NCBI GenBank assembly: GCA_047608145.1
Contig: JASGDC010000033.1
Coordinates: 3,979-67,978, forward strand
Length of the DNA: 64,000 bases
Direction of reading: 5' to 3'
Origin: Micrococcaceae bacterium
GTDB taxonomy: Bacteria; Actinomycetota; Actinomycetes; Actinomycetales; Micrococcaceae
The notes below the pieces were generated by a model. It did not search any database and was not told the origin of the DNA. It worked only from the letters and a program-made list of their open reading frames with translations. Position numbers and translations under genes: made by a program. Of the stretch, positions 17,935 to 28,530 are shown piece after piece. Numbering within the stretch: the first letter of the stretch is position 1; every line of letters begins with the position of its first letter.

Positions 17935-20220
17935 TTGTCGACTATAAACGGTAAAGTTATATATGTGAGTACAGCATTATATAGACGTTATCGTCCAGAA
18001 AACTTTTCCGAAGTAATTGGTCAGGAACAAGTTACAAAGCCACTTCAAGTTGCTTTAGCTAATAATAAAACTAACCATGCCTATCTTTTCTCTGGTCCTC
18101 GTGGTTGTGGTAAGACTACTTCAGCACGCATCTTAGCTAGATGCCTTAACTGCGCCGGAGGTTCTACTGATATTCCTTGTGGTAAATGTCCAAGCTGTAT
18201 TGATTTGTCTCGTGATGGTAATGGCAGTCTAGATGTCATCGAAATTGATGCGGCCAGTCATGGTGGTGTCGATGACGCTAGAGAGTTAAGAGAACGTGCA
18301 ACTTATGCTCCAGCACGTGATAAATACAAAATTTTTATTATTGACGAGGCGCATATGGTCACTTCTGCCGGATTTAATGCCTTGCTCAAGATTGTGGAAG
18401 AACCACCTGCTCACATTAAATTTATCTTTGCTACTACTGAGCCAGATAAAGTAATTGAAACAATTCGCTCTCGCACTCATCATTACCCTTTTAGATTAGT
18501 TCCACCAAAAACTATGCAAAAATATATGGAACAAATTTGTACGGGTGAAAAAGTACAGCTAGAAAGCGGTGTGATTCCACTAGTTATTCGTGCTGGCGGT
18601 GGCTCTGTACGTGATTCTTTATCAATTCTAGACCAACTAATTAATGGTTCTGAAAACCAGAACGTCTCATATGAATTAGCAGTTGATTTATTAGGTTATA
18701 CTCATGCCTCATTACTTAATGATGTTATTGATGGAATTAGTGCACAAGATGCTGGAAGTTCATTTAGAACGATTGATCGTATTATTCAAACTGGTAATGA
18801 TCCACGCAGCTTCGTTGAAGACCTATTAGAAAGACTCCGTGACTTAATCGTAATTAAGTATGCGCCAGAAAGTAGTTCAAGTATTCTTCCTACTGTTCCA
18901 AGCGATCAGTTAGTGAAACTGGAAACTCAAGCTACACGTTTTGGTAAAGCACAGCTTTCATACTGCGCTGATGAAACTTCGGAAGCACTAAATGAAATGG
19001 GTGGAGCTACCTCGCCGAGACTACATCTTGAGTTACTTTGTGCAAAGTTGCTACTACCTGCAGCTTCTTCTGGAGTTTCAGCTTTCGAAAATCGCATTGA
19101 GCGTATTGAAGACAGGGTTATAAAAGGACAAAACACAGCTCCTAGTACTCAAGCTGAGCCAAAAGTCTTACATCCTGATACTTCAACTCCTGAACCTGAG
19201 ATACTTGAGCATCTGAAAACTGCTTCAGCAAAATTAGCCGCTGAAGAACCAACTCCAGAAACTGGATCAGAAGTTTCTGAGCAGCCACAGTTTGAAGAAA
19301 ATAATGAACTAAAACCAACTGATATTGCTAATCCAGCATCATTCCAAGACTATGGTTGGGGCAATCCATTACCTGATGCTGAAACTGAAATACAGTCTGA
19401 ACCAATCATTACATCTGAGACAGCGTTGCCTAAAGTGCAGTCAGATCTACGCAGAGTTCCAGTAAGTCAAACTGCTCCAGTTACTGATACTACTAATGAG
19501 ATTCGTTCAAATACTACCGTTGATGAAACTACCGTAGAAGAAATTCGCAGACGTTGGAATGAAGTAATGCAAGCTTTGATGCGAATTAAACGCTCCAGCT
19601 GGGTATTAATTAATCAAAACTCAAGAGTAGAAAAAGCTACAGCAGATACTATAGAGCTATCTTTCTTAACTCCTGGTTTAGCTAAATCTTTCAATTCAAG
19701 GAATCATAAAGATCACCTAAATCAAGCACTGGAAAAAATACTGGGAACGACTTTCATCATTAATACTGTCGATAAAGATGGTAGTTCAAATACTACAAAG
19801 CGTTTACCAGCTCCAGTAGCTCCTGAACTAAAAAAGACACCAGCAGCACCAATATTCACCTCACAAGACACCAATGATGAATCGCTGGCAGGAAATACCA
19901 CTGTACCCCCTACTTCAAATACTGCACCTACAGCTACGATGCCTATTCCACCCGTATCTGATACTTTTGCAGAAGCTACGCCAAAAGCAACAGTATATCC
20001 AGTAGCATCTGATGATTTAGAAACTGAACGACCAGATCCGTTGAAAACTCCCTGGAAACCAACTACAGATTGGGAAAAACCCATAGTTAACACTCCAGAA
20101 AAACCAAAAACTAAACCTAAATCAGCACCAAGAATAAAACAATCGCTAACTGGTGCTGACTTACTAGTGGATAAATTTCACGCTACTTTTATTGAGGAAA
20201 TACCACATGAAGGACAATAA
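17935..20220 (+). CDS. dnaX: DNA polymerase III subunit gamma/tau
   Basis: 761 aa. GPRGCGKTT Walker A, zinc module [32 protein letters not shown], and a Pro/Thr-rich C-terminal extension. The true start may be the GTG at 17965. Confidence 0.9.
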   Translation: MSTINGKVIYVSTALYRRYRPENFSEVIGQEQVTKPLQVALANNKTNHAYLFSGPRGCGKTTSARILARCLNCAGGSTDIPCGKCPSCIDLSRDGNGSLDVIEIDAASHGGVDDARELRERATYAPARDKYKIFIIDEAHMVTSAGFNALLKIVEEPPAHIKFIFATTEPDKVIETIRSRTHHYPFRLVPPKTMQKYMEQICTGEKVQLESGVIPLVIRAGGGSVRDSLSILDQLINGSENQNVSYELAVDLLGYTHASLLNDVIDGISAQDAGSSFRTIDRIIQTGNDPRSFVEDLLERLRDLIVIKYAPESSSSILPTVPSDQLVKLETQATRFGKAQLSYCADETSEALNEMGGATSPRLHLELLCAKLLLPAASSGVSAFENRIERIEDRVIKGQNTAPSTQAEPKVLHPDTSTPEPEILEHLKTASAKLAAEEPTPETGSEVSEQPQFEENNELKPTDIANPASFQDYGWGNPLPDAETEIQSEPIITSETALPKVQSDLRRVPVSQTAPVTDTTNEIRSNTTVDETTVEEIRRRWNEVMQALMRIKRSSWVLINQNSRVEKATADTIELSFLTPGLAKSFNSRNHKDHLNQALEKILGTTFIINTVDKDGSSNTTKRLPAPVAPELKKTPAAPIFTSQDTNDESLAGNTTVPPTSNTAPTATMPIPPVSDTFAEATPKATVYPVASDDLETERPDPLKTPWKPTTDWEKPIVNTPEKPKTKPKSAPRIKQSLTGADLLVDKFHATFIEEIPHEGQ

Positions 20221-20822
20221 TGGCAGCAATTTATGACGGCATCATTCAAGACTTAATCGATGAATTAAACCAGCTTCCAGGAGTTGGCTCAAAGTCTGCA
20301 CAACGTATTGCCTTCCACCTGCTACAAACTTCTAAAGAAGATGTATCACGATTAGCAAATGCCATGACAGTATTAAAAGAAAAAGCACAATTCTGTAAAG
20401 TGTGTGGAAATGTTGGCGAAGAAGAGCTCTGTTCTATCTGTAGAGATCCAAGACGCGATGATACTACAATCTGTGTCGTCGAAGAACCTAAAGATGTAGT
20501 TGCTATCGAAAAAACCCGAGAATTCCGTGGTAAATATCACGTACTAGGTGGTGCTATTAGCCCGATTCAAGGCATTGGCCCAGATCAACTACGCATTAAA
20601 GAACTAATGACAAGGCTAGCTGACGATCGAATTCGTGAAGTAATTATTGCAACTAATCCGAATCTTGAAGGTGAAGCTACTGCCACTTACGTAAGTAGAA
20701 TGCTAACTACTATGGGAATCAATGTTACACGTTTGGCTTCTGGCTTACCCGTAGGTGGTGATTTAGAGTATGCAGATGAGATTACTTTGGGACGTGCTTT
20801 TGAAGGTAGGCAAAAACTCTAA
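20220..20822 (+). CDS. recR: Recombination protein RecR
   Basis: 200 aa. HhH ([16 protein letters not shown]), C4 zinc finger CKVCGN...CSIC, and Toprim domain. The ATG overlaps the dnaX stop (TAATG). Confidence 0.95.
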   Translation: MAAIYDGIIQDLIDELNQLPGVGSKSAQRIAFHLLQTSKEDVSRLANAMTVLKEKAQFCKVCGNVGEEELCSICRDPRRDDTTICVVEEPKDVVAIEKTREFRGKYHVLGGAISPIQGIGPDQLRIKELMTRLADDRIREVIIATNPNLEGEATATYVSRMLTTMGINVTRLASGLPVGGDLEYADEITLGRAFEGRQKL

Positions 20823-20862
20823 AGTTTATAACTAAATATCCATACTTAATAAAGGAACTATT

Positions 20863-21761
20863 ATGCAAAAATAACCCCTAACCTCTGGTTTAGTGGTAAT
20901 GCAAAGGAAGCTGCAGATTACTACACTAGTATTTTCCCTAGCAGTGAAATTACTAAGACAGTAAACTACCCTATCAGTAAAGAAGAAGGTTTAACAGACT
21001 TCCAGCTAGATCTAACTGGAAAAACACTTACTATTGATTTCCTCTTAGGAGACATGGATTTTGTAGCAATTAATGCTGGCCCTGAATTTAAATTTAATAG
21101 TGCAAACTCTTTTGAAGTACACTTCAATTCCACCGCCAATAAAGACGTTAAAGAAAAAGTAACTAAACTATGGGAAAGCTTAACTGATGGTGGAAAAATA
21201 ATAGTACCCCTTGGTGATAACTATGGTTTCGTTGAACTTTATGGACAAGTAATTGACCGCTATGGACTACTTTGGCTTCTTGCAACAACTGCAGTTCCTG
21301 AAGACCAAGATTATCACTTCATTGTGCCAACACTTGGTTTTTCTGGTCCAGTCGTTAATAAAGCAAACGAAGCTGTAGATTATTACACTTCTGTATTCAA
21401 AGATTCAAAAGCTGACCCAAAAATGCCATACGCTGAACATCAAGATCCTTTGGCAACAGAATCACTTATGTATTCAACATTCACTATTGCAGGACAAACA
21501 TTTACTGCTTATAATTCTGACGAAAATGATACCTTCAACGAAGCAGTTTCATATATGATACTTTGCAAGGATCAAGAAGAAATTGATTACTTCTGGAATA
21601 AACTATCTGCAGTACCAGAAAGTGAACAATGTGGCTGGTGTAAAGATAAGTATGGTGTTAGCTGGCAGATCGTCCCAGAAAATATGGATGAACTAATGAC
21701 AAAACCTGATGCATATAAAACTATGATGAAGCAACATAAGATTGTAATTGCAGAGTATTAA
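20863..21761 (+). pseudogene. Tandem PhnB/VOC-like (3-demethylubiquinone-9 3-methyltransferase-domain) protein, frameshifted at codon 3-4
   Basis: ATG at 20863 with AAGGA 7 nt upstream reads ATG CAA AAA TAA. From 20871 the next frame reads ITPNLWFSGNAKEAADYYTSIFP and is continuous with track ORF 21054-21761. One extra A in the A5 run would restore MQKITPNLWF. Confidence 0.65.
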
Positions 21762-21806
21762 ATTAAACACAAATTAGTTAAAATTAAAAAAGAAGCGTAA
21801 ACTGAT

Positions 21807-21851
21807 TTAGCATTGTATCCACTTGAAAAGAATAAGTGAGTGCAATGCTAA
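21807..21851 (+). terminator. Extended hairpin between the VOC-like gene and ask
   Basis: TTAGCATTG(21807-21815)/CAATGCTAA(21843-21851) outer stem with inner CACTT/AAGTG. Followed by a weak T-rich tract ATTCCTTATT. Confidence 0.3.
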
Positions 21852-21874
21852 TTCCTTATTAAAATGGTGAAAAC

Positions 21875-23161
21875 ATGGCGTTAATTGTACAAAAGTTTGG
21901 TGGTTCTTCAGTAGCAGATGCTGAAGGTATCAAACGTGTTGCTAACCGCATCATTAAAACTAAAAAAGCTGGAAATGAAGTCATCGCCGTAGTATCCGCT
22001 ATGGGCGATACCACTGACGAACTCTTAGACTTAGTTAATGAAGTTACCACTTCACACCCCTCACGTGAACTAGATATGCTATTGACAGCCGGAGAGCGAA
22101 TCTCAATGGCGCTACTTGCTATGGCTATTAATGACAAAGGTCAAAAAGCTCAATCTTTTACAGGTAGTCAAGCTGGAATGATTACTGACGGTTCACATGG
22201 TGAGGCAAAAATCATTGATGTAGATCCATACCGTCTAAGAAAATCTTTGAAACAAGACAATATCCCAATTGTTGCGGGGTTCCAAGGAGTCAGTCGCCGC
22301 ACTAAAGATATTACAACTCTGGGTCGTGGTGGCTCTGACACTACTGCGGTAGCAATTTCAGCAGCTATGGAAGCTGATGTTTGTGAAATTTACACAGATG
22401 TAGATGGCGTATTTACTGCTGATCCAAGAATTGTGCCATCAGCACATAAAATTAACGAAATTACAAGTGAAGAAATGCTGGAACTAGCTGCCTCTGGCGC
22501 AAAGGTACTACATCTACGTTCAGTAGAGTATGCTCGTCGTTTTGGAGTTAAGTTACATGTTCGTTCATCATTTAGTAAGCATGAAGGCACTTGGGTTATC
22601 CCCAATGGCCCTAAGTTAGACATCCATGAAGAAGGAGTTCCTTTGGAACAGCCAATTATTTCAGGTGTTGCTCACGACACCTCAGAATCAAAAATTACAG
22701 TAATCGGGCTACCTAATGGCCCTGGAAAAGCGGCGCAAATTTTCCATGTGATTAGTGAGGCTAAAGGTAATATTGACATGATTGTGCATGACTCAATCGC
22801 TACTAATGCTCCTACCACTGATTTATCTTTCACACTACCAACTAGCGATCGTGAAGCAATGGTTAAAGCTCTTGAAGCAAAACAAGATGAAATTGGCTTT
22901 GAAGACATAAACTACAATGATGAAATCGGGAAACTGTCACTTGTTGGAGCTGGCATGCGCTCTCATCCAGGTGTATCTGCTGACTTTTTTCAGACACTAA
23001 GTGATAACGATATAAATATTGATATGATTTCAACTTCTGAAATCCGTATCTCTATTACAATTGCTGAAAAAGATTTAAAGAAGGCTGTTTCAGTTATTCA
23101 CACTGCTTTTGGTCTTGATGATGATAAAGAAGCTGTAGTTTATGGTGGCACTGGACGTTAA
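21875..23161 (+). CDS. ask: Aspartate kinase
   Basis: 428 aa. MALIVQKFGGSSV N-terminus and two C-terminal ACT domains. Confidence 0.95.
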   Translation: MALIVQKFGGSSVADAEGIKRVANRIIKTKKAGNEVIAVVSAMGDTTDELLDLVNEVTTSHPSRELDMLLTAGERISMALLAMAINDKGQKAQSFTGSQAGMITDGSHGEAKIIDVDPYRLRKSLKQDNIPIVAGFQGVSRRTKDITTLGRGGSDTTAVAISAAMEADVCEIYTDVDGVFTADPRIVPSAHKINEITSEEMLELAASGAKVLHLRSVEYARRFGVKLHVRSSFSKHEGTWVIPNGPKLDIHEEGVPLEQPIISGVAHDTSESKITVIGLPNGPGKAAQIFHVISEAKGNIDMIVHDSIATNAPTTDLSFTLPTSDREAMVKALEAKQDEIGFEDINYNDEIGKLSLVGAGMRSHPGVSADFFQTLSDNDINIDMISTSEIRISITIAEKDLKKAVSVIHTAFGLDDDKEAVVYGGTGR

Positions 23162-24035
23162 AGATACTCTAGAAAGAGCTAACTGGCAGGAACTAGAAGC
23201 GACTCATAAAGAACGAGCCGATAAGCTCACTGCAAATTACCGAACGCGCCGCATGAAAGGCGAAAAGCATCCAGTAGAAGATTTCTTATACACTTACTAT
23301 TCGTTTAAGCCTTCGCAACTACGCCGCTGGCATGCAGGTGGACCAATAGAACTTATTGGCGCTCAAGATACTGAACGCAAGAATTGGCGTTGGTATCATA
23401 CTACTGAAAACGGCTTACTCTTTGACGTTGAAAAGTTTATGAAAGACCGTGGTAATTCTGTGCTCTTTATTCACGAGTTTCTTAAGCGTTCTAAAGATAG
23501 AAAAGCACGCTTTGATTGCTTTGGACTCCACGAATGGGCTATGGTATATAAGCTAAAAGAAGATGCTACTCGCCACCAAGTTCCCTTACGTTTAGGCAGT
23601 AAAGGCACAGATAAAGTAGTTGATACTCATCAACTTAAATGCTCCCATTTTGATGCATTTCGTTTTTATACCAAAGAGGCTAAACCACTAAACACCATCC
23701 GGCCAACTCGTGCTACTCAAATTGAACTGGAACAACCAGGGTGTCTGCATGCAGGCATGGACTTATATAAATGGGCCTATAAACTTGGTCCAGTTATTTC
23801 TGGAGATTTATTACTTGACTGTTTTGAACTTGCCCTTGATATTCGTGTGTTAGATATGCAAGCTGCTCCATATGACTTAACTGACTGGGGTTATAAACCA
23901 GTAAAAATTGAAACACCTTATGGTAAAGCTGAATATGTTAAACGTCAAAAAGAATTTACTGAACGTGGAAATGCACTTCGTAAAGAGATCTTAAAATACC
24001 TTGAAAATTTGATGAATGTCATAAATAATATTTGA
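23142..24035 (+). CDS. Conserved actinobacterial protein (family often annotated 3-methyladenine DNA glycosylase-like)
   Basis: 297 aa. HPVEDFLYTYYSFKPSQLRRWHAGG is a motif I associate with that family. The function is unverified. Overlaps the ask stop by 20 nt. Confidence 0.45.
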   Translation: MVALDVKDTLERANWQELEATHKERADKLTANYRTRRMKGEKHPVEDFLYTYYSFKPSQLRRWHAGGPIELIGAQDTERKNWRWYHTTENGLLFDVEKFMKDRGNSVLFIHEFLKRSKDRKARFDCFGLHEWAMVYKLKEDATRHQVPLRLGSKGTDKVVDTHQLKCSHFDAFRFYTKEAKPLNTIRPTRATQIELEQPGCLHAGMDLYKWAYKLGPVISGDLLLDCFELALDIRVLDMQAAPYDLTDWGYKPVKIETPYGKAEYVKRQKEFTERGNALRKEILKYLENLMNVINNI

Positions 24036-24047
24036 TAAAATTTACTA

Positions 24048-26054
24048 ATGATTACACTAATTAATAACTGGTTGCCTAATGTCTGGATTTGGGTTGCTGG
24101 ATTAGTGTTACTGTATCTTCCTGGAGTCATAGTAGGTGCTACTTTACGTCTTGAAAAAATTTATATTGTATTCTTGGCTCCAGTTTTTTCTATCTCTTTC
24201 ACATCAATTTCCACAGTTTTCGCACATGCACTAAATATCCGCTGGCATTGGTGGACTAATTTACCATTAGCAGCGATTACTGCCTTACTTATAATAGTAA
24301 TCCGTGCAGTTAAAAAATCTAGAAAAGAAAACCTAATTTTACTTAACCAAGTAGGGCATCAAACTCCTTTAAAGCAATTAAAATATTTAACTGCATCAAT
24401 AATTATAGGAGTTTCTCTCAACACTGTAAATCTGATTAGAGTAATAGGAGATCCCAAGACTCCTGTACTATCATGGGATGGTCTTTTTCATCAAAATGCG
24501 GTACGTTTTATCTTGGAAACAGGATCTGCTTCACCGTTAACAATAAGTTCTTTTCAAACCTCTGGAAAAGATAGCGGATTCTATCCTTCAGTATTCCACT
24601 CATATGTAGCACAGATTATTGACTTGACACATACTCAATTAGATGTAGCTTTTAATACTTTTACAGTAATTATGGGTGGTATATTATGGCCAATTGGCAT
24701 GATATTCCTTATTTATACGCTTTTCCCTAACAAACGTCAGCTCTGGATAGTAGCTGCAATATTAACTTCCGCTTTTCCTGTTTACCCATACTTTCTTCTA
24801 GCATGGGGTGGATTAATGCCAAATATTTTAGGGATAACTTTTATACCGATTATTCTTACTTTTACATACGCTCTAGTAAGAAACCCAAGTAATATTTACT
24901 TTAGTAAAGTTCAGGTATTTGTACTGCTCTTATTATCTTTACTAGCTGGTTCATTTTCACACCCTAATACTCCTTTTTCTGCCTTTATACTAGCTTTGCC
25001 ATTAATTGTGGAACATAGTATTAACTTAATTAAACAACCTAATAAAGTAAAAAATAAAATTGTAAATTTAGTACTAGTCCTCAGTTTTTGGATTGTTTTA
25101 ATACTTGCATGGCATACGCTTTCTGTAACTTCCGTCTGGGATGCACGCAATACTTTAGGTAAAACTTTCTCAATATGGTTCTTACAGACATTTGCACCAT
25201 TAGGTGTACAGGCTGCTGCTATAGCTGTACTGATTGGCATGATTCTAGCATTATTTAAACCTAAATGGCGGTTTTTATCATTCGGGCATCTAACCGCTGG
25301 ATACTTTTTTATATTAGCTATGGGTGTACATAAAGGACCTTATCGAAATGCCTTAACTGCAATTTGGTATAGCGATGCAAACCGTTTAGCTGCACTATCA
25401 GTCATACTTTCAATTCCACTATGCTGTTTACTTATCAACGAAATAGTTGCTAAATTACCTACAAATACTGGAAAATTAGTACTTGCATTTTTCACTATAT
25501 CTTCCTTAATTTTTGGAGCAGAATCATCAGCTACCAATAAAGCATTCAAACAAATCCATCAGTCTACTTATCAAGTATCAAATAGTCAGCCACTCATGGA
25601 TGCAAATAAACTAGCGATAATTCAAGACTTGACTAAAAACGTCCCAGAAGGCACACTTATTGCAAACAATCCCTATAATGGTGGTGGAATAGCGTATGCA
25701 CTTTCAGGTAGAAAAGTATTATTTCCCATGTTCAATAGGCCATTTATGGATGATAACGAAAGAATAATTGCAACATCGTTGAACCAAGCTGCTATAACTC
25801 CTGGAGTTTGCGATGCATTAGAACAAAAGAACGTCAAGTATGCATTAGATTTTGGCACTAAATATGACGCACAAGACCCAGCCCCTAATAATCCATCGGG
25901 ACCAGACTTCACTGGCTTACAAAATCTAGATAGTTACCCTGGTATGCAACTAATTGACCAAAAAGGTGAAGCTAAACTATATAAAATTACAGCTTGTGAT
26001 ATTACATCATATTCTACGCAGTACCTGTATCAAACTCCCTATGCCTATCAATAA
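24048..26054 (+). CDS. Polytopic envelope protein, GT-C-glycosyltransferase-like, paralog 3
   Basis: 668 aa. LLYLPG, SWDGLFHQNAVRFILETGSASPLTISSF and FYPSVFH motifs, C-terminal NLDSYPGMQLIDQKGEAKLYKITAC plus a 17-aa tail. Starts 12 nt after the preceding gene. Confidence 0.65.
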   Translation: MITLINNWLPNVWIWVAGLVLLYLPGVIVGATLRLEKIYIVFLAPVFSISFTSISTVFAHALNIRWHWWTNLPLAAITALLIIVIRAVKKSRKENLILLNQVGHQTPLKQLKYLTASIIIGVSLNTVNLIRVIGDPKTPVLSWDGLFHQNAVRFILETGSASPLTISSFQTSGKDSGFYPSVFHSYVAQIIDLTHTQLDVAFNTFTVIMGGILWPIGMIFLIYTLFPNKRQLWIVAAILTSAFPVYPYFLLAWGGLMPNILGITFIPIILTFTYALVRNPSNIYFSKVQVFVLLLLSLLAGSFSHPNTPFSAFILALPLIVEHSINLIKQPNKVKNKIVNLVLVLSFWIVLILAWHTLSVTSVWDARNTLGKTFSIWFLQTFAPLGVQAAAIAVLIGMILALFKPKWRFLSFGHLTAGYFFILAMGVHKGPYRNALTAIWYSDANRLAALSVILSIPLCCLLINEIVAKLPTNTGKLVLAFFTISSLIFGAESSATNKAFKQIHQSTYQVSNSQPLMDANKLAIIQDLTKNVPEGTLIANNPYNGGGIAYALSGRKVLFPMFNRPFMDDNERIIATSLNQAAITPGVCDALEQKNVKYALDFGTKYDAQDPAPNNPSGPDFTGLQNLDSYPGMQLIDQKGEAKLYKITACDITSYSTQYLYQTPYAYQ

Positions 26055-27927
26055 AAAAGCTATACCACTAAAATTTCTATACCTTTTACTACTTATCCCT
26101 GTTTTTGCTAGTTCAGGCAATGTTTGTAAAGCTTTTGATTCATCAACTTCTTGTTTGTTATTTATCTTTTCAACTCTATTCTCTTGTTTTTTCTGAGTTA
26201 GATGATCCTCTACTTTACCAACTTCATTTTGAAATATTTCTTTTTGTAATTCACTCGAATTACCCTCTTCATAAGTTTCATGATGTTTAAATTCATGATT
26301 TAGCTTTTCTTCTGTATCTACTTTATGCACACAAAAGCTTTCTTCTGGAATCCCAAATTCTGAAGTGAATGAGTTAGTAATTTCATTTCCTGGATAATGC
26401 ACCGCAACCGTATAACACCCAGCTTTATTGATTTTTTCTTGAAAATCAGCTTTTATAGTGCCATTATCAATAGGAATTTTCTTTTCTATATATTCTTGTG
26501 CTATTTTTGGCACTTTTATACGTTGTTCTGGTAACTTCGGAAACGGTCCATAAATTTTTAAAGTAATCTTTTCTTCAGTTTTAGCAGCTTTTAACCCTGA
26601 TACTTCCAAAGTATCACTATTTGTTTCACCAACTGAAATATTTTTCTCGCTTATTAAAGTCCTGACGTTTATCGACCATTTAACTAATGTAGTTTCACTA
26701 GATTCGCCAAACTTACTTTTTGGCACTTTAAAAAGATTCTTAGCATAGTCAGGGATGGCTGTTTTAGGTAAGATTTCTGCAGTCCAAACATAATAACCAG
26801 CACCTTTTACTTCGGTGTCTTCCGTAATAAAATCTTTAAAACCATCTACTTCAGTTAAAGTTTCACCTATTTTCTTTTTTGCATCTGGATATACATCACT
26901 TAACTCTGGTTTTCGGTCAAAGGGACCCCAAAGCACTGATTTTACTTTGATCTTAACAGGCTGATTAGTAGCTAAATTACTAGGCCAAATCATATTCTTA
27001 TTAGTAGGTCTTAGCTGAATCCTATCTCGTAATTTACTATTAGCTGAAATTTCTTTACTTACAGTTTGAGTAGTTAATTTAAGGTATATAGGAGCTACAG
27101 GTTTCGTGTCAAGTACTGCTTTAGCTTTTGTAGTCGATGAAGTTAAAAATAATCGTTGCACATTGGGCTTTTCTGGTTCAAACCATTTAAGGGCGCCCGG
27201 CAAATTATCTACTACCGTTTCAATCCTGCCAGCACCATAGTCAATTTTATTTATTGAAATTTCATTTTGCTTTAAACTACTCAGAAACTCTTGAGCAGAT
27301 TTATCTGCAAACTTTATGCTACCAGTAGCTTGCACCTTAATCTTAAATCCTTCAACTAATTTATCTGCATTACTTAGCGAAATATTGATTTTATTGTTCA
27401 CTTTGTTTTTTGCAATATTAAGTTTATAAGGACCATGCTTTTTACTTGCTTCTTCAAAATAACCTTTAGCTAATTCTCTTATCTTAGTACTAGCTCCTAC
27501 TTTATGAAACATTTCTTCTAACTTTGCACTACCCCAATGCATATTGCTAGTACTAATTGGACAGCAGCTGCTTGGTCTGCATTGTTTGTATCTCCCCACT
27601 TCCAAAGAAGATAAGAAAGCCTTTCCTTTTCTATGGAGGTTAATTCCTTGCCATTTTCCTGAATAAAAACTCCAAATCTTTCTTTTTATAACTTCCGCCA
27701 TCCCAAGGTGGAGCCAAGTCTGCATCAGCACAATAAGCTGGTAAATTATCGTTATTACGAAATACCCCAGCCCACATTTCTTTGCCATGCCCAGCACTTT
27801 TATGCCAACCATCAGTTAACGACTGGTCTGCATTACTAAATTTGGACTTTATAAAAGCAAAAATAAAGCAAACTAAAATCATAATGCAGATATATAACAA
27901 AAAGTTTCTGATCTTTTCCAAAAGCAA
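26007..27927 (-). pseudogene. LAxTG-anchored surface adhesin with probable N-terminal thioester domain, disrupted by two frameshifts
   Basis: The signal-peptide frame (27927-27640) carries AYCADADLAPPWDGG. An unlisted third frame (about 27686-27518) reads ...ERLSYLLWKWGDTNNADQAAAVQLVLAI. The main frame (27812-26007) has repeated GPF...GxY.W/V Ig-like units and ends LAKTG + IAFLLIGIGSLIQVL + RRI. Confidence 0.6.
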
Positions 27928-27996
27928 CCCTTTCGATAAATTAGGGTTCTAGCTTCACATACTTCTGTATATGTTCTACTATTCAATATCCAAAAA

Positions 27997-28482
27997 GTGA
28001 ATAAAATAGATTTAAACTCTTGTGGAGGAACACTAGTTAAGAGCTACAATAAAACCATGGAAAAATATCAAAATCCGACTGAAATCGAAGCATTATTAAC
28101 TAACAAAGGCGCTACTTGGGCCGTTGTTGGTCTTTCAAAAAATAGAGAACGTCCTGCATACCATGTAACTAGGACTATAAAAGATGAATTGGGAATGAAT
28201 ATTATCCCAATAAATCCTAGAGGTGAATCAGCATATGGTATAGAAGGCTACAAAACAATTAAAGATATTAAAGAGCCTATCGATGTCGTTGACTGTTTCG
28301 TAAACTCAGAAAATGTCGGTGAAATTGTAGATCAAGCAATTGAAATTAAAGCTAAAGCAGTTTGGTTACAGTTAGGTGTTATCAACGAAGTCGCTGCTAA
28401 ACGTGCACAAAAAGCTGGACTAATAGTAGTTGTGGATACCTGCCCAGTAATTCAGGGACGTAAATTGGGACTATTTTCGTAA
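27997..28482 (+). CDS. CoA-binding domain protein (YccU/YneT-like)
   Basis: WAVVGLSKNRERPAY... and PINPRGE motifs. The start may be the ATG at 28057 rather than the GTG at 27997. Confidence 0.75.
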   Translation: MNKIDLNSCGGTLVKSYNKTMEKYQNPTEIEALLTNKGATWAVVGLSKNRERPAYHVTRTIKDELGMNIIPINPRGESAYGIEGYKTIKDIKEPIDVVDCFVNSENVGEIVDQAIEIKAKAVWLQLGVINEVAAKRAQKAGLIVVVDTCPVIQGRKLGLFS

Positions 28483-28530
28483 AACTATTGTGATTAATGA
28501 TTTTAGATTAAATAGTTAATCACAATAGTT
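28483..28530. repeat. Perfect 15-bp inverted repeat bridging the convergent CoA-binding and purA gene ends
   Basis: AACTATTGTGATTAA (28483-28497) and TTAATCACAATAGTT (28516-28530), 18-nt spacer. The right arm lies inside the last 9 codons of purA. Confidence 0.8.

Noticed and set aside
19830-19836. An A AAA AAG heptamer in the correct phase inside dnaX, identical to the E. coli dnaX -1 frameshift site that produces the gamma subunit.
   Set aside because: It lies at codon about 632 of 761, after the region that looks like the tau C-terminal interaction domain, so a shifted product would not resemble gamma. I saw no obvious downstream stem-loop or upstream SD-like element. A-rich heptamers are expected by chance in this AT-rich DNA.
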